64,000 nt of DNA from Octopus vulgaris (Eukaryota): contig OX597831.1 of the NCBI GenBank assembly GCA_951406725.2, positions 80,910,001 to 80,974,000 on the forward strand, written 5' to 3'. The translations under genes were made by a program, and so were the position numbers. Under the pieces are notes generated by a model. It had not been told where the DNA came from. It saw only the letters and a program-made list of their open reading frames with translations, and did no database searches. Positions within the stretch are counted from its first letter, which is position 1; every line of letters begins with the position of its first letter. Shown in pieces: positions 12,523-25,418 of this stretch.

Positions 12523-12965
12523 TTATTATTATTATCTTCATCATCTTAGATTTGAGTGATGCCTCTCACTGCTACCAGCACCTCGACAATGACCTCAGTA
12601 TTTTACCCGACCATAGAATGTCCGTTCACGATCGGTCGATGTGCTGGAAATAGCAGTCATATCACCCTAACAACACACTATATTAGAGAACGGCGCATTT
12701 GATTATATAGACAAAGATTCCGGGGATATAGGACAAAGACTGGATGGTCACTAGTGGAAAGACTTTGATCTGGAATGACATGGGAGTAAATAACAACTGA
12801 AGAGAAAAATAGAAGTCACACAACAGGGATGGCCTAGGGTTAGAATGGAAATAGGGAACCTATCAGTAATATGTATATATGTGTATGTGTGTGTGTGTAT
12901 GTTTACAGATGGTAGTTTTTTCAATAGTCAAAAATGTTCATTTAAAGAAAAAAAAAATTAAAAAC

Positions 12966-12972
12966 CGTCCCT

Positions 12973-13033
<61 letters not shown>

Positions 13034-13039
13034 AGAGAC
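12966..13039 (-). tRNA. trnN: tRNA-Asn(GTT)
   Basis: Canonical 74-nt tRNA-Asn reverse complement with T-runs downstream. Confidence 0.97.
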
Positions 13040-13429
13040 GACGGTACCTCATCGTTTGACATTACTTCTTAAATCAATGGAGAAGTTTGTGCTTGGCGAA
13101 CAAGAAACTGATTTGTTTGTGATTGTTACGATAAGGTGGCGGTGGCGGTGCTGATGGTGGGGTGGGTGGTGGTGGTGGCGGCGGTGGCGGTGGTGGTGGT
13201 GGTGGTGGGGTGGGTGAGTGGTGGTTTTGGCGGTGAAGGAAATATGTTGATGAGAAAAACACTTCAGTTTGACAGACTTTTGGTACAAGTGTGGTTGTGT
13301 GGTTAAAAAGATCGCTTTGCGACCTCGTGGTTCCATGTTCGAAATCACTGCGAGACACGATGGGCAACTGCCTTCTAACAGAGCCTTAAGAGAAGAACTT
13401 GCTGGACGGATATTGTGCTGAAGCTCACC

Positions 13430-13630
13430 ACATACATACATACATACATACATACATACATACATACATACATACATACATACATACATACATACATACA
13501 TACATACATACATACATACATACATACATACATACATACATACATACATACATACATACATACATACATGCATACATACATACATACATACAATACATAC
13601 ATACATACGTACGTACTTACATACATACAT
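13430..13630. repeat. (TACA)n microsatellite
   Basis: Directly visible. Confidence 0.95.
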
Positions 13631-13736
13631 ATGAGATTCTTAATTGAAGAGATGCTCACACTTGGGCGTATGCATCGACACTTCAACCAACACCAACTCA
13701 ACCACGTATTTACAAACACCGGGAACTCTCTAAACT

Positions 13737-13780
<44 letters not shown>

Positions 13781-14040
13781 GAGGGGTGGGGGGTAAAAAC
13801 AGAGAGTTTAGAAGATTCTTACCGAGAAATTCTAGACTTCGATGCAAAGCAATAAAAGTGACGTCACAGAAGGATGAGATGTGAAGAGCAGCATTGGTGC
13901 GGTTTGATCTCACGACCCATGGGACACTCTCTTCTTCCTTGTTCATATCCTGTTTGCTCAATTAAAATGACAGTGCGATTTAACATGCAATACAATTAAA
14001 AAGTAATCAGTAGTTAGATTAAGAATACTGTACACTGTCA

Positions 14041-14113
14041 GCCGAAATAGCTCAGGTGGGAGAGCGTTAGACTGAAGATCTAAAGGTCCCTGGTTCGATC
14101 CCGGGTTTCGGCA
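14041..14113 (+). tRNA. trnF: tRNA-Phe(GAA)
   Basis: Canonical tRNA-Phe with one D-loop T>G variant; T-runs downstream. Confidence 0.96.
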
Positions 14114-14953
14114 TTTAACGCTTCGTATGTTTTCTTTTAATCCTCCTCTTCTTAAACAAGATCAACTATTTTTATGCATGTCAATAAGGTTCAAATGCTA
14201 TGTAAGGACAAAATGCTTTGTGGCATTTGTTGTGGATCGTGACGTTCTGAGTTCAAATTCTGCCGAAGATGACTTTACCATTCATCGTTTCGGTGTCGAT
14301 AAAATAATCGCTAGTCGAACACACGGGTCGACGTAATTCACTACCCACTCAGTCTTAACTGCATTATGGCCCGACACCCGGGCAAATTAATGCGCGGGGC
14401 CCTATGATAGTTATTTACAGACAGTAGCCCACCGCATACACAGATCAGAATTGGGCCCCTAAACCGGTGTGGCACATGGGTATCTGCCCAGCGTGCCCAT
14501 GCCTTCTCTCCTCAAATTTCAGGCCTTGTAGAAAGGATTATCATTCTTATTAGAAACCGAGCCAGAGAACTCAATAGGGGGAAGAAGAGGGAATTTACAA
14601 GGTCCTTACTGGAGAAATTTAGATAAGTGACATCGTATATTGTGCTGAAGCCCACCACGTATATACATGCCCGTATACACACACATGCGCCGGCACATAA
14701 CACGCACACGCAATCAAAAGTTGCAGTAATGACGCATCCCGAATGAATCAAAAGGTGGTGTAATCCAAGGGTCGAGTAAGAAATCTACGAATCAGGTCCA
14801 TCAAAACAGTGGGGAGGAGGTAGGGGGCCCGTGTGAACGTGCAGTAAATAGTCAATTCAAGGAAACAAACAATTCAAAGAAACGAATGAAGACGGACAAG
14901 AAGAGGACGTGCTCAAGGAATGCATTAGCTTGACGCTGGTTGGAAGGAGAGCG

Positions 14954-14987
14954 TTTGACGTTTCGAGCAATAGCGCTTCGTCGGAAA
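14954..14987 (-). ncRNA. Degenerate minimal hammerhead-like motif
   Basis: TTT CCGACGA AGCGC-TATT-GCTC GAAAC GTC AAA. Core has T>C; related to the 2749 motif. Confidence 0.4.
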
Positions 14988-16158
14988 GGAGAAAGACAAA
15001 AGTCCAAAGACAGAAAAGAAATCGCGAACGGCGCACGTGGAATTACATTGATGAAGTGACCGGGAGTAGACTTCTTTCTACTTTGTTTTGACCTAAGTTA
15101 GTAATCTCAAGACGGACCAAGAATCGAAGAGTGCCAGGCATGGCTATCTCTTTCTTTTTTTTTCTTTTTTTAATTTATACTACAACAGAAACTACGTCAT
15201 TCAGTGTATCATTACTAAGGATGGTAAGATGTAATCTGAAGAAGATTTAGTTTCTATTTATTGCACAGAGGTTCCTTCATCGATTCAACTCCATGGCTGT
15301 TTTGTGACAAGTATGTTAGGAAACTCGAGTTACTTGTGTACGGCTAACATTATGCTAATTGTTAAATATGTAATTAAGCCAGTTGCCTGTGGTTATTCAG
15401 ATGTACAGGACTAATCAGAAATTAGTATTAAAAAATATGTTCTTTCGCAGAAGTTTGTGTACGATATTAATTTCTGGAGTTGTCTATACAAGGGAAGTAA
15501 CTCTTATATAACAATGTTGAGTATTTTCCCATGGTTGGTGTGACGGTTGTCAAGTACTTCGTAAATATTTAATAAACCACTGTGACTGTGTTTGATTGTG
15601 CGCGTTTGTGTGTGTGTACGTGGGTGTCTGTGTGTGTGCGTACGTGCATGTGTGTTTGTATGTGTACGTGTGTTGTGTATGTGTATGTGTGTGTACGTAT
15701 GTGTGTGTGTGTGTGTGTGCACACGTACTGACACAAATTACACACACACGCACAAGATATACACACACATACATTCATGCATGCTTATATAGATCTATGA
15801 ATACACACACACATATAAATGCATACACACACATATTTATAAATATATTATATACGCATACATACAGACATCCGCACGCACACACACACACACACACACG
15901 TGCATATGCATATATAAATGTGTACACATACACAAACACACTAACACGCACGCACACACACACACACACATATATATATAAGCATATACCCTCCACTCTA
16001 GCTGAAAGAAACATGTACACATACACACACATACACTCACACACACTCACACAACACACGTACACATACAAACACACATACACGCGCACGCACGCGCTCA
16101 CACACACATGCACACACCCACGCACATACGCATACAAGCATATACCCTCCACCCTAGC

Positions 16159-16542
16159 AGGAGGCGCAATGGCCCAGTGGTTAGTGCAGCGGACTCGCGG
16201 TCATAGGATCGCGGTTTCGATTCCCAGACCGGGCGTTGTGAGTGTTTATTGAGCGAAAACACCTAAAGCTCCACGAGGCTCCGGCAGGGGATGGTGGTGA
16301 TCCCTGCTCTACTCTTTCACCACAACTTTCTCTCACTCTTATTTCCTGTTTCTGTTGTACCTGTATTTCAAAGGGCCGGCCTTGTCACTCTCTGTGTCAC
16401 GCTGAATATCCCCGAGAACTACGTTAAGAGTACACGTGTCTGTGGAGTGCTCAGCCACTTACACGTTAATTTCACGAGCAGGCTGTTCCGTTGATTCGGA
16501 TCAACCGGAACTCTCGTCGTCGTAACCGTCGGAGTGCTTCCA
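16159..16542 (+). mobile_element. Full-length tRNA-derived SINE, family C, with 11-bp target-site duplication
   Basis: tRNA-like head (TGGCCCAGTGG ... GGTTTCGATTCCC). TSD TCCACCCTAGC at 16148-16158 and 16543-16553. Confidence 0.9.
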
Positions 16543-17341
16543 TCCACCCTAGCTGGAGGAAATATGCAGGATGCTCTGCGGACTTAAACGTGCGTAACTT
16601 GAAGTTTCTTGTTGCGATGTATTCATCACAAAACTAATGGAAGGCCTTTGCTTTCTTTCTTCCTTTTATAAGGCATGTGCAGATGATGGTAGTAAAGATG
16701 GATAATATGGAACGAGTTGGCCGGAGAGGTGGGCATGGTATATGACAGAAACGTATAATCGACAGAATCGATTGAACATCAGATTAAATACCTTGTGGTA
16801 TTTAATTACGTCCATTTAGGCTGTGACTTCTAAATCCCATCTATGTCTCCCTTACACCTGCATCCGAGTGAACTCGATGGAAGAAGTAACAATTAATAAA
16901 ACAGATATTAGATTAAGGTAAATAAATTCACTACACTTTTGAAAGTACTGCCCCAGCGTGGCCACCGACACATTGTCGAATCCAATTACAGAAGAAAACA
17001 ATAGGATTTATGAATGAATTAATTGCTAAGAATATCAAGGTTAGACCTACAAGTGGCATGGCCACTGGTAGGTCTCGAACCACGCATCTTCCCCTTGGCT
17101 TGAATCCACTGTTGTCTCTTTTTATGTGTTGCTTAGAGAGTCTAATGTCATTTTACATTAAGTATTCATTTGTTTGTGTCTTCGTTCAGTGTCATTAATT
17201 CCTCTCAATTAAACGAGCTTAAGTCAAGCATGTATTCAATTAAGCGAACTTAAGTGAACCATTTATTCAAGATGGAAGTTATGAAAAGTATTTGCTTCAC
17301 AAAACATATTCTCGTCCATTTCATCGATTTTATTACTCCCG

Positions 17342-17620
<279 letters not shown>

Positions 17621-17724
17621 ACGTACGTATGTGTCTGTGTGTGCATGCATTACGTATGTGTATCATATATATCTATATATATGTGTGTATGTATCTATCT
17701 GCACATACACACATAGATATCTTT

Positions 17725-17930
17725 TATCTTCTACTTGTTTCAGTCAATTGACTGCGGCCAAGCTGGAGCAGCGCTTTGAAGGGTTTTAATCGAACACATC
17801 GATCCCAGAAAAAGAAATTTAAGCCTAGTACTTATTCTATCGGTTTCTCTTGCCGAACCGCTAAGTTGCTGGGACGTAAACACACCAGCACCGGTTGTGA
17901 ATCGGTGGTGGGGGAACAAAGAGACACACA
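17725..17930 (-). mobile_element. SINE family A, 3' half
   Basis: Reverse complement of the 3' half of 4801-5176. Confidence 0.8.
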
Positions 17931-17980
17931 CAGAGTTTGCTTCTCTCCGTTTTTTCTTCCTCCACTTCTTTTCTCACCCA

Positions 17981-18385
17981 AGGAGTGGCTGTGTGGTAAG
18001 TAGCTTGCTAACCAACCACATGGTTCCGGGTTCAGTCCCACTGCGTGGCATCTTGCGCAAGTGTCTGCTGCTATAACCCCGGGTCGACCAATGCCTTGTG
18101 AGTGGATTTGGTAGACGGAAACTGAAAGAAGCCTGTCGTATATATGTATATATATATATAAGTGTGTGTGTATATGTTTGTGTGTCTGTGTTTGCCCCCC
18201 TAGCATTGCTTGACAACCGATGCTGGTGTGTTTATGTCCCCGTCACTTAGCGGTTCGGCAAAAAGAGATCGATCAAATAAGTACTAAGGCTTACAAAGAA
18301 TAAGTCCCGGGGTCGATTTGCTCGACTAAAGGCGGTGCTCCAGCATGGCCGCAGTCAAATGACTGAAACAAGTAAAAAAGAAAAA
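17981..18385 (+). mobile_element. SINE family A
   Basis: AGGAGTGGCTGTGTGGTAAG head through GGCCGCAGTCAAATGACTGAAACAAG tail. Confidence 0.88.
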
Positions 18386-18566
18386 AAGAAAAAGATTGCA
18401 TGTACGTATGGATACATGTGTCTTAGTGCACGTATCCCTACGTATACTCACGCAAGTACTCACACACACACTCTCACACACACACACACACACATACACA
18501 CACATATATAAATATAAATACACACACACGTGCACGCACCCATATATATATATATTAATATATATA

Positions 18567-19320
18567 TTAGTCATCCCATAAATTATGCGGTTTTTTCAAT
18601 TGCATGAACTAAAAGTCGGAGGGGGGGGGATAAACTACCTGCATCAACTTGCAAAAAAAGTAGGTCGTAATTTTACCGTGTACTTATTCTTAGTGCAAGT
18701 TTTGAAGAGTGCAGTTCGATTTTAGCACTCATTGTTTCCAAAGCTATGGAAGTGACAAAGAAGCATATTCGGCATATTTTGCTTTATGAGTTCAATAAAG
18801 GCCACAACAGAAAGTGCAAAGAATATTAATGCAGTGTATGGGGGATCAGGCAGTAAGCGTAAGCCAGTGTCGACGGGGGTTACAGAAATTCCGAGCCGGA
18901 AACTACAGCCTAGAAGACGGGCCTCGTCTTTGAAGATCTGGAGAGCTCGACGAGGACGTCTTGCAAAACCTGGTGCAACAAAATCCCGTCGTAACTGTTG
19001 AGGAATTAACAGAGAAGCGTGGATTTGGTCATTCAACTATTCATTGACGCCTGCGTGCCATCTTTGGTTTCAAGATGAAATGACCATCGTTGGTTTCAAG
19101 ATGAAAGTTGTTCTTCCATCAGAATTAATGCTCGGCCATAGACAGCGAAGGTGACATTCCAAAGGCTGGAACAGTTTGAATGGGAAATGATGCCCCACCC
19201 ACCATATTCGTTGGACATTGCCCCATCTGATTATCATTTATTCCGTAGTCTTCAAAATCATTTGGACGGAAAAAATATGAATTCTGTTGACGATGTCAGA
19301 ACAGTGCTGAAAGAGAATCA
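18567..19320 (+). mobile_element. Internally deleted mariner transposon (transposase pseudogene)
   Basis: TA plus TIR-like TTAGTCATCCCATAA. From ~18746 it reads MEVTKKHIRHILLYEFNKG.. (HTH region), and later HPPYSLDIAPSDYHLF (mariner YSPDLAPxD motif). Confidence 0.9.
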
Positions 19321-19643
19321 AATTATAACCTTTATGCTGGACGCTGAAAAGCGACCAACCGGAAAAAGTTATCATGTGACTCACACCACGGGGTCATTCC
19401 GCCCATTTACTTTCCCCAATTTGGTTTTCTTTTAAATTTCGAAGAGAAAGCTGGTTACTTCTCTTCGCGGCTGTCCTGGATTCAGGGCTGGCATAGCAGG
19501 GCTGTTTCTGAGGATAGAGATCTACAGTAATCCCTCGACTTTCACGGGTTCCAACCCCACCCCCGCAATAGGTGAAAATTCGTGAAGAAGAAACAGTACT
19601 GTATACTTTAAAAAAAAATTATTTATATAATTTGTATGTGCAT

Positions 19644-19790
19644 TTTTTCCATCCAAATGATTTTGAAGATTGCGGAATAAATGATAATCAGATGGAGCAA
19701 TGTCCGGCAAATATGGTGAGTGGGGCATCGTTTCCCATTCAAACTGCTCCAGCCTTGGGAATGTCATCCTCGCTGAATGTGGCCGAGCAA
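19644..19790 (-). mobile_element. Second mariner transposase fragment, same family, inverted
   Basis: TFPRLEQFEWETMPHSPYLPDIAPSDYHLFRNLQNHLDGKN. Confidence 0.85.
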
Positions 19791-20361
19791 ATACACTCGC
19801 ACTACTCGTGTCTCTAATTTAAGCCTCACTAATTAGGATAACAGCATCTGAAATAAGCGATGGAATCAACGTTCCATTAGCAATGCAGTTATTTCTTCTT
19901 TACAATGGTTTTGTTTTCATTTGAAAATAAATTTCTCGGGAATTTTAGATAAATCAACTTAACATCTTTATCAACTCATTCAGTCACTTTACATCTGTTG
20001 ACAAGTTTATGATATTCCAGCGACAAGTTTCGTTTCATGTTGACTGAAGTCCGGCACATTGAGTTTTATCACTCCATAGAATCTTCAGAGATATTTCGGG
20101 AAGATATTGCGTTTGCGTAGAGAATGTGTGTAACGTGGGACTGTTTGGTGGAATTTATCCTTTCTCAAGATAGACAGACTGACAGGCAGACAGAGAGGCA
20201 GGCAGACGGGCAGATAGGTAGATCTGTACAGGGACAGAGCGATAGAAAGATGGATAGGTGTGTGTGTGTGTGAGTGTGTGTGTAGACAGTTAGGAACGCA
20301 GATAGGTACACATACATAAATACATACGCGCACATAGAAAAAGAGATACATGGACAGATAA

Positions 20362-20432
<71 letters not shown>

Positions 20433-20463
20433 CATAGATAGATAGATACATAGATAGATACAT

Positions 20464-20505
<42 letters not shown>
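20362..20505. repeat. (AGAT)n/(AG)n microsatellite
   Basis: Directly visible. Confidence 0.95.
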
Positions 20506-20510
<5 letters not shown>

Positions 20511-21290
20511 TAAGTAATAACGAAATAGAGTAAGATGGTAAGAGTGTGGAGGTAAGGGGTGGGGGAGTGTTTTCTTTTCAAATATGTAACATATAACTCA
20601 AAGTGAAACAGGTCGAAGAAATTATTGGCGACAGAGGATCTATTAGACTCTGAACTGCAGAAAGAAGACAAACGATTACCAGAAGAAGAAGAAGAAGAAG
20701 AAGCCGATGCTCGGCATACATTGGAGGAAGAAGGAAATAATAATAGCGAAACGACTAAAAGGAAAACGGAAGCAAAACGAACGTTAAAGAGACAGAGGCA
20801 AACAGCATCGCTTTTGACGGGTACTACGTTAGTATTATATTAAGAACTAATCGCTCTGCACTAGAAAATAACTATCGCAACATGCTTTGGGCAAAGTGCC
20901 TGAAAATCGTACTACTACTACTACTACTACTATTACTACTACTACAACTACTACTACTACTACTACCTACCACCACCACCACCACCACTACCACCACCAA
21001 CATTACTACTACTGATGTTGATGATGATGATATAAATAATAATATTAATGAAATAAGAATAGAGAGGTAATGTAAACATCTTGCAAATTTCATTGATAAA
21101 CAACTTTTGCCAGTCTGACACTCTTGCCATCCAAGCGTGACCCCTGGAAGGTAATTATTTTCGTGTAACCGTCTCCTTTTCGTTGTTGTCTCATTGGTGT
21201 TGCCAAGCGTGAACGAAATGGGGTCCCGTCTCGCACCGATTGCCAAACCCTACCCTACTACATTTAGAGGTGCGCGCGTGTGTGTACGTG

Positions 21291-21360
<70 letters not shown>

Positions 21361-21548
21361 AATAAAATAGAACATATGCGTATATATAAACATATATGTA
21401 CGTACCTACCTCTACATGTACATATACACGCATATATGTGTACAGGACACCAAAAGGACGTCGAACACATAGAGAGACGAAAAACATAGACACAAACCAA
21501 GGAACAGGACAAGCAAAAAAAAGGGATACAAGACAATTAGCACAACGA

Positions 21549-21595
<47 letters not shown>

Positions 21596-21671
21596 GTGTG
21601 CCTATATATATATATATATACACGCCCGCACGCACACACACATATATATCTGCTTATCTATATTTAATATA

Positions 21672-21885
21672 TACCTATTTCTTTACTACCCACAAGGGGC
21701 TAAACCTAGAGGGGACAAACAAGGACAGACAAAGGGATTAAGTCGATTACATCGACCCCAGTGCGTGACTGGTACTTAATTTATCGACCCCGAAAGGATG
21801 AAAGGCAAAGTCGACCTCGGCGGAATTTGAACCCGGAACACTTAACGGCAGACGAAATACGGCTACGCATTTCGCCCGGCGTGCT
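21672..21885 (-). mobile_element. tRNA-derived SINE, family B
   Basis: GGTTCAAATTCCGCCGAGGTCGACTTTGCCTTTCATCCTTTCGGGGTCGATAAA block, repeated many times in the window. Confidence 0.85.
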
Positions 21886-21889
21886 AATA

Positions 21890-22034
21890 TACATACATAC
21901 ATACATACATACATACATACATACATACATACATACACACACATGCATGCATATACACATATATACAGACATACATACGTACATATATGCATACATACAT
22001 ACACACATACACACATACATACGTACTTACGTAC

Positions 22035-22065
<31 letters not shown>

Positions 22066-22640
22066 CATACATACATACATACACACACACATACATACAT
22101 ACATACATACGTACATACATACACACATACATACATACATACATACATGCGTACATTGATACATACGTACATACATGCATACATACATACACACATACAT
22201 ACGTACTTACATACACACATACATACATACATACATACATACATACATACATACATACATACATACGTACGTACATAGATACGTACGTACATACATACAT
22301 ACATACATACGTACGTACATACATACATACACACACATACATACATACATACATACATACGTACGTACACACATGCAGACATACATGTATACATACATAC
22401 ACACACATACATACATGCATACGTACATACATACATACATACGTACGTACATACATACATACATACATACATACATACATACATACATACATACATACAA
22501 ACAAACATACATACATACATACGCACACACATACATACATACATACGTACATACATACATAAATACATACATACATACATACATACATACATACATACAA
22601 ACATGTATACATACATGCATACATACACACATACACATAC
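21890..22640. repeat. (TACA)n microsatellite
   Basis: Directly visible. Confidence 0.95.
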
Positions 22641-22654
22641 TGTGTTATAGATCC

Positions 22655-23230
22655 TGTCACCTGATGCAATTTGATAAATGTATTCTGTACGAAGCTAAGA
22701 CTAATCTAAAAACAAGCAAACGATGCCTCTACGTGACAGCTTGGTGTGCAAGAAATAACTATCAAATCGCGCTCAGTATACTCTTTTCCAGCTTTAGAAA
22801 ACAAAAGCACAGAATATATGATATAGTGGACGATGGTCAAGGCTGGAACGGCATTGATCAGAGGTCTATTCAGTCAAAAGTGACTTGGAGGTAAATATGC
22901 ACGCGATCAAGCGTGCATATTTATTCCAACACTTGCAAATTTATATTTGGATATTGCACTGATGAGAACAAAAGGTAATTATGTTTTACTTTAAGTTCGA
23001 AACGCGTCTGTAATTAACCGCTGTCGAATCGATTCATCATTTTACTTTTCTCGGAGTTTTTATGGTAGTTGAAAAGAGATTAGCGTCTATTTCTAATTCA
23101 GTACGTGGCGAGGCAATTAGCCGCCCCCTCATTATAATTATGCATATAATTATAGAATATTTTGTATAATTTATCTAAAATGTCTTTTTTTAACATACTG
23201 ACTACTTCGTAAAATTATTATTATTAATAA
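22655..23230 (+). mobile_element. Degraded Penelope-like element 3' end (GIY-YIG-like remnant plus pLTR)
   Basis: Peptide DKCILYEAKT...LYV...SSFRKQKH resembles a PLE GIY-YIG endonuclease and is followed by a hammerhead motif. Confidence 0.55.
22953..23014 (+). ncRNA. Type I hammerhead ribozyme
   Basis: Stem I ATTGCA/TGTAAT, CTGATGA, stem II GAAC..GTTC, GAAAC GC GTC (palindromic ACGCGT stem III, GUC site). Confidence 0.85.
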
Positions 23231-23237
23231 TCTTACC

Positions 23238-23313
<76 letters not shown>

Positions 23314-23384
23314 CTTACTTGGAAAAGGATGCGTGGCGTTCTGATTTCTCACTGTCCTGTTCTTGTTACCACTTTCAGCACAGA

Positions 23385-24925
23385 GCCCAAGTTTCGGGTG
23401 TATCTTAAAGGTGATACCAACATCATTTGGACAATGCTGATGGAATATTTTCCCCATCATGCCGATGATGTAGCGCCCAAGGCAACGTTGGAAAAAATAA
23501 AGCTTGAGCTTTTCTAGTCGACCCCAATAGTCAAGGCCTGTCATGCCATCTATCGTTTTTGTAATTGATCTTTGAGGTGCTTCAATTTTCATGATACTTT
23601 GTTTCATGTGAGGAGACCACGGTGGACAACAGTATTCAAGGTGGGGTCGGGCAAAAGTGTAGAAGAGAAGGATAATGGTGTGGATATCTCTCGACTGGAA
23701 AGTTCTGAGAATCCAGGAAAACATTCTGCGGGCCATGTCAACATTGCTGCTTATATGAGTGGACCAGCTTATGTTGTTGTCCACAATTACTCCCGAGTCT
23801 CTGATGTTGTTGGATGCCATAAAAGTTTCACCTGAAGGAAGGGAGTATGGGAGTTTCAGGGTATCCTCTTTTCCGAAGTGGATTAACTCAAATTTGTCCT
23901 CGTTCAGCAGAATATTATTCTTTCCCGCCCATTGGATGACAGTCAGTAGATCCGACTGAAGACATGTCCGGTCACCCACTTCATTGATGACCTTCTGGAT
24001 CTTGAAATCATCTGCAAAGATTATGTTGCTGTGCTCGGTGATAGCAGTAACGTCATTGATGTAGATAATGAAAAGAAGTGGGGCCAACACAGTGCCTTGT
24101 GGAACACTGCACTGACTTTGGCTGGGCTTGATTTTACTCCTTCGACTACAACGTGTTGGGTTCTGCCTGTCAGGAACCACGCCATCCATTGTAGTAACTT
24201 TCCATGATACCAACGTTGGATAGTTTTTCAAGAGGATCTTATGATCCACCCTGTTAAAGGCCTTGTTGAAATCAAGGTAGATGACATCAGTATTCGAGCC
24301 CTCTCCCAAAGCTCTCAAAATGTCATCAAGGTGATGCAGGAGCTCCTTCCATTACGGAACCCATGTTGGTTGGGGTTCAGCAGTCTGTTGCTTTCAAGAA
24401 AGTGGGCTATCCCTGATCTCACCACTCTCTCTAATACCTTGATGATATGAGAGGTGAGCGAGATCAGCCGGTAGTTCACTGTAAAAAACTAGTTTCCCAT
24501 TTTGAAAACTGGGGCAACAGATTGGGACAGAAAGTTCTCGGGAATAAAACCAGCATTCAGTTAGTTCCTCCACAGATTAACAAAAGGAGATGAAAGTTGG
24601 TGTCGGCGCACCTTCAGGACACAAGCGAGGAACCTATCAAGGCCTACCGATTTGTGTTTGATTTCGTTAATTGCCGCTAAGACATCTGGGGCGCCAAATG
24701 TTATGTCCGATCTAGTGTGTTGAGGATTAACATCACTGGTAACAGTCCAGATCGACCACATCAGGATTGCCAAAAACAGAGCAGCACTGTTTCTGCAGCA
24801 TCTCACTCATGGTTTTCACATTATCTTGGAGATTGCCATTTTCATGAATTAGAGGGCCAACAGCTGAGACAGAAAACTTGTGTTTGTTCGCAAAAAAAAA
24901 AGAACACACTAGGGTTGAGTTTTTA
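23385..24925 (-). mobile_element. CR1/L2-like LINE reverse transcriptase fragment (degenerate)
   Basis: NYRLISLTS, DVIYLDFNKAFNRVDH, VPQGTVLAPLLFIIYIND, FADD, RPHLEYC motifs. Confidence 0.92.
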
Positions 24926-25099
24926 CATACATACATACAAACATACATACATACATACATACATACATACATACATACATACATACATACATACATACAT
25001 ACATACACACACACATACATACATACATACATACATACATACATACATACGTACATACATACCTACATATATATATATATATATGTAGGTATATATGTA

Positions 25100-25292
25100 T
25101 GATAAAAATGGTAAGACAACAAAAGAAAGAAAGAGACCTCGATATTATGCAAATAGAGGAATTTATCTGTAAATGTAATATGTGGCAATTATTCGGTAGC
25201 CATGATAAAACTCCGGCGTGGATTTCCACCTCGGCATCCGAAACTCGGAGTTTTATCATGGCTACCGAATAATTGTCATATTATTTACAGAT
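25100..25292. mobile_element. Fold-back Penelope-like pLTR fragment with truncated hammerhead
   Basis: Inverted arms around ~25215-25245. Same family as 42640-42804. Confidence 0.7.
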
Positions 25293-25306
25293 ATACAGAT
25301 ATACAG

Positions 25307-25339
<33 letters not shown>

Positions 25340-25351
25340 TATACATACATA

Positions 25352-25418
<67 letters not shown>

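Noticed and set aside
16159-16237. Possible additional tRNA gene
   Set aside because: It is the head of a TSD-flanked SINE and lacks a proper cloverleaf.
19523-19640. TACAGTAATCCCTCG Tigger-like terminus
   Set aside because: No matching second TIR found, and it overlaps a segment similar to ~11600-11680, so the boundary is ambiguous.
20625-20843. Acidic 72-aa ORF (MATEDLLDSELQ...)
   Set aside because: Non-ATG start, GAA-repeat driven, and no recognisable domain or supported splice structure.
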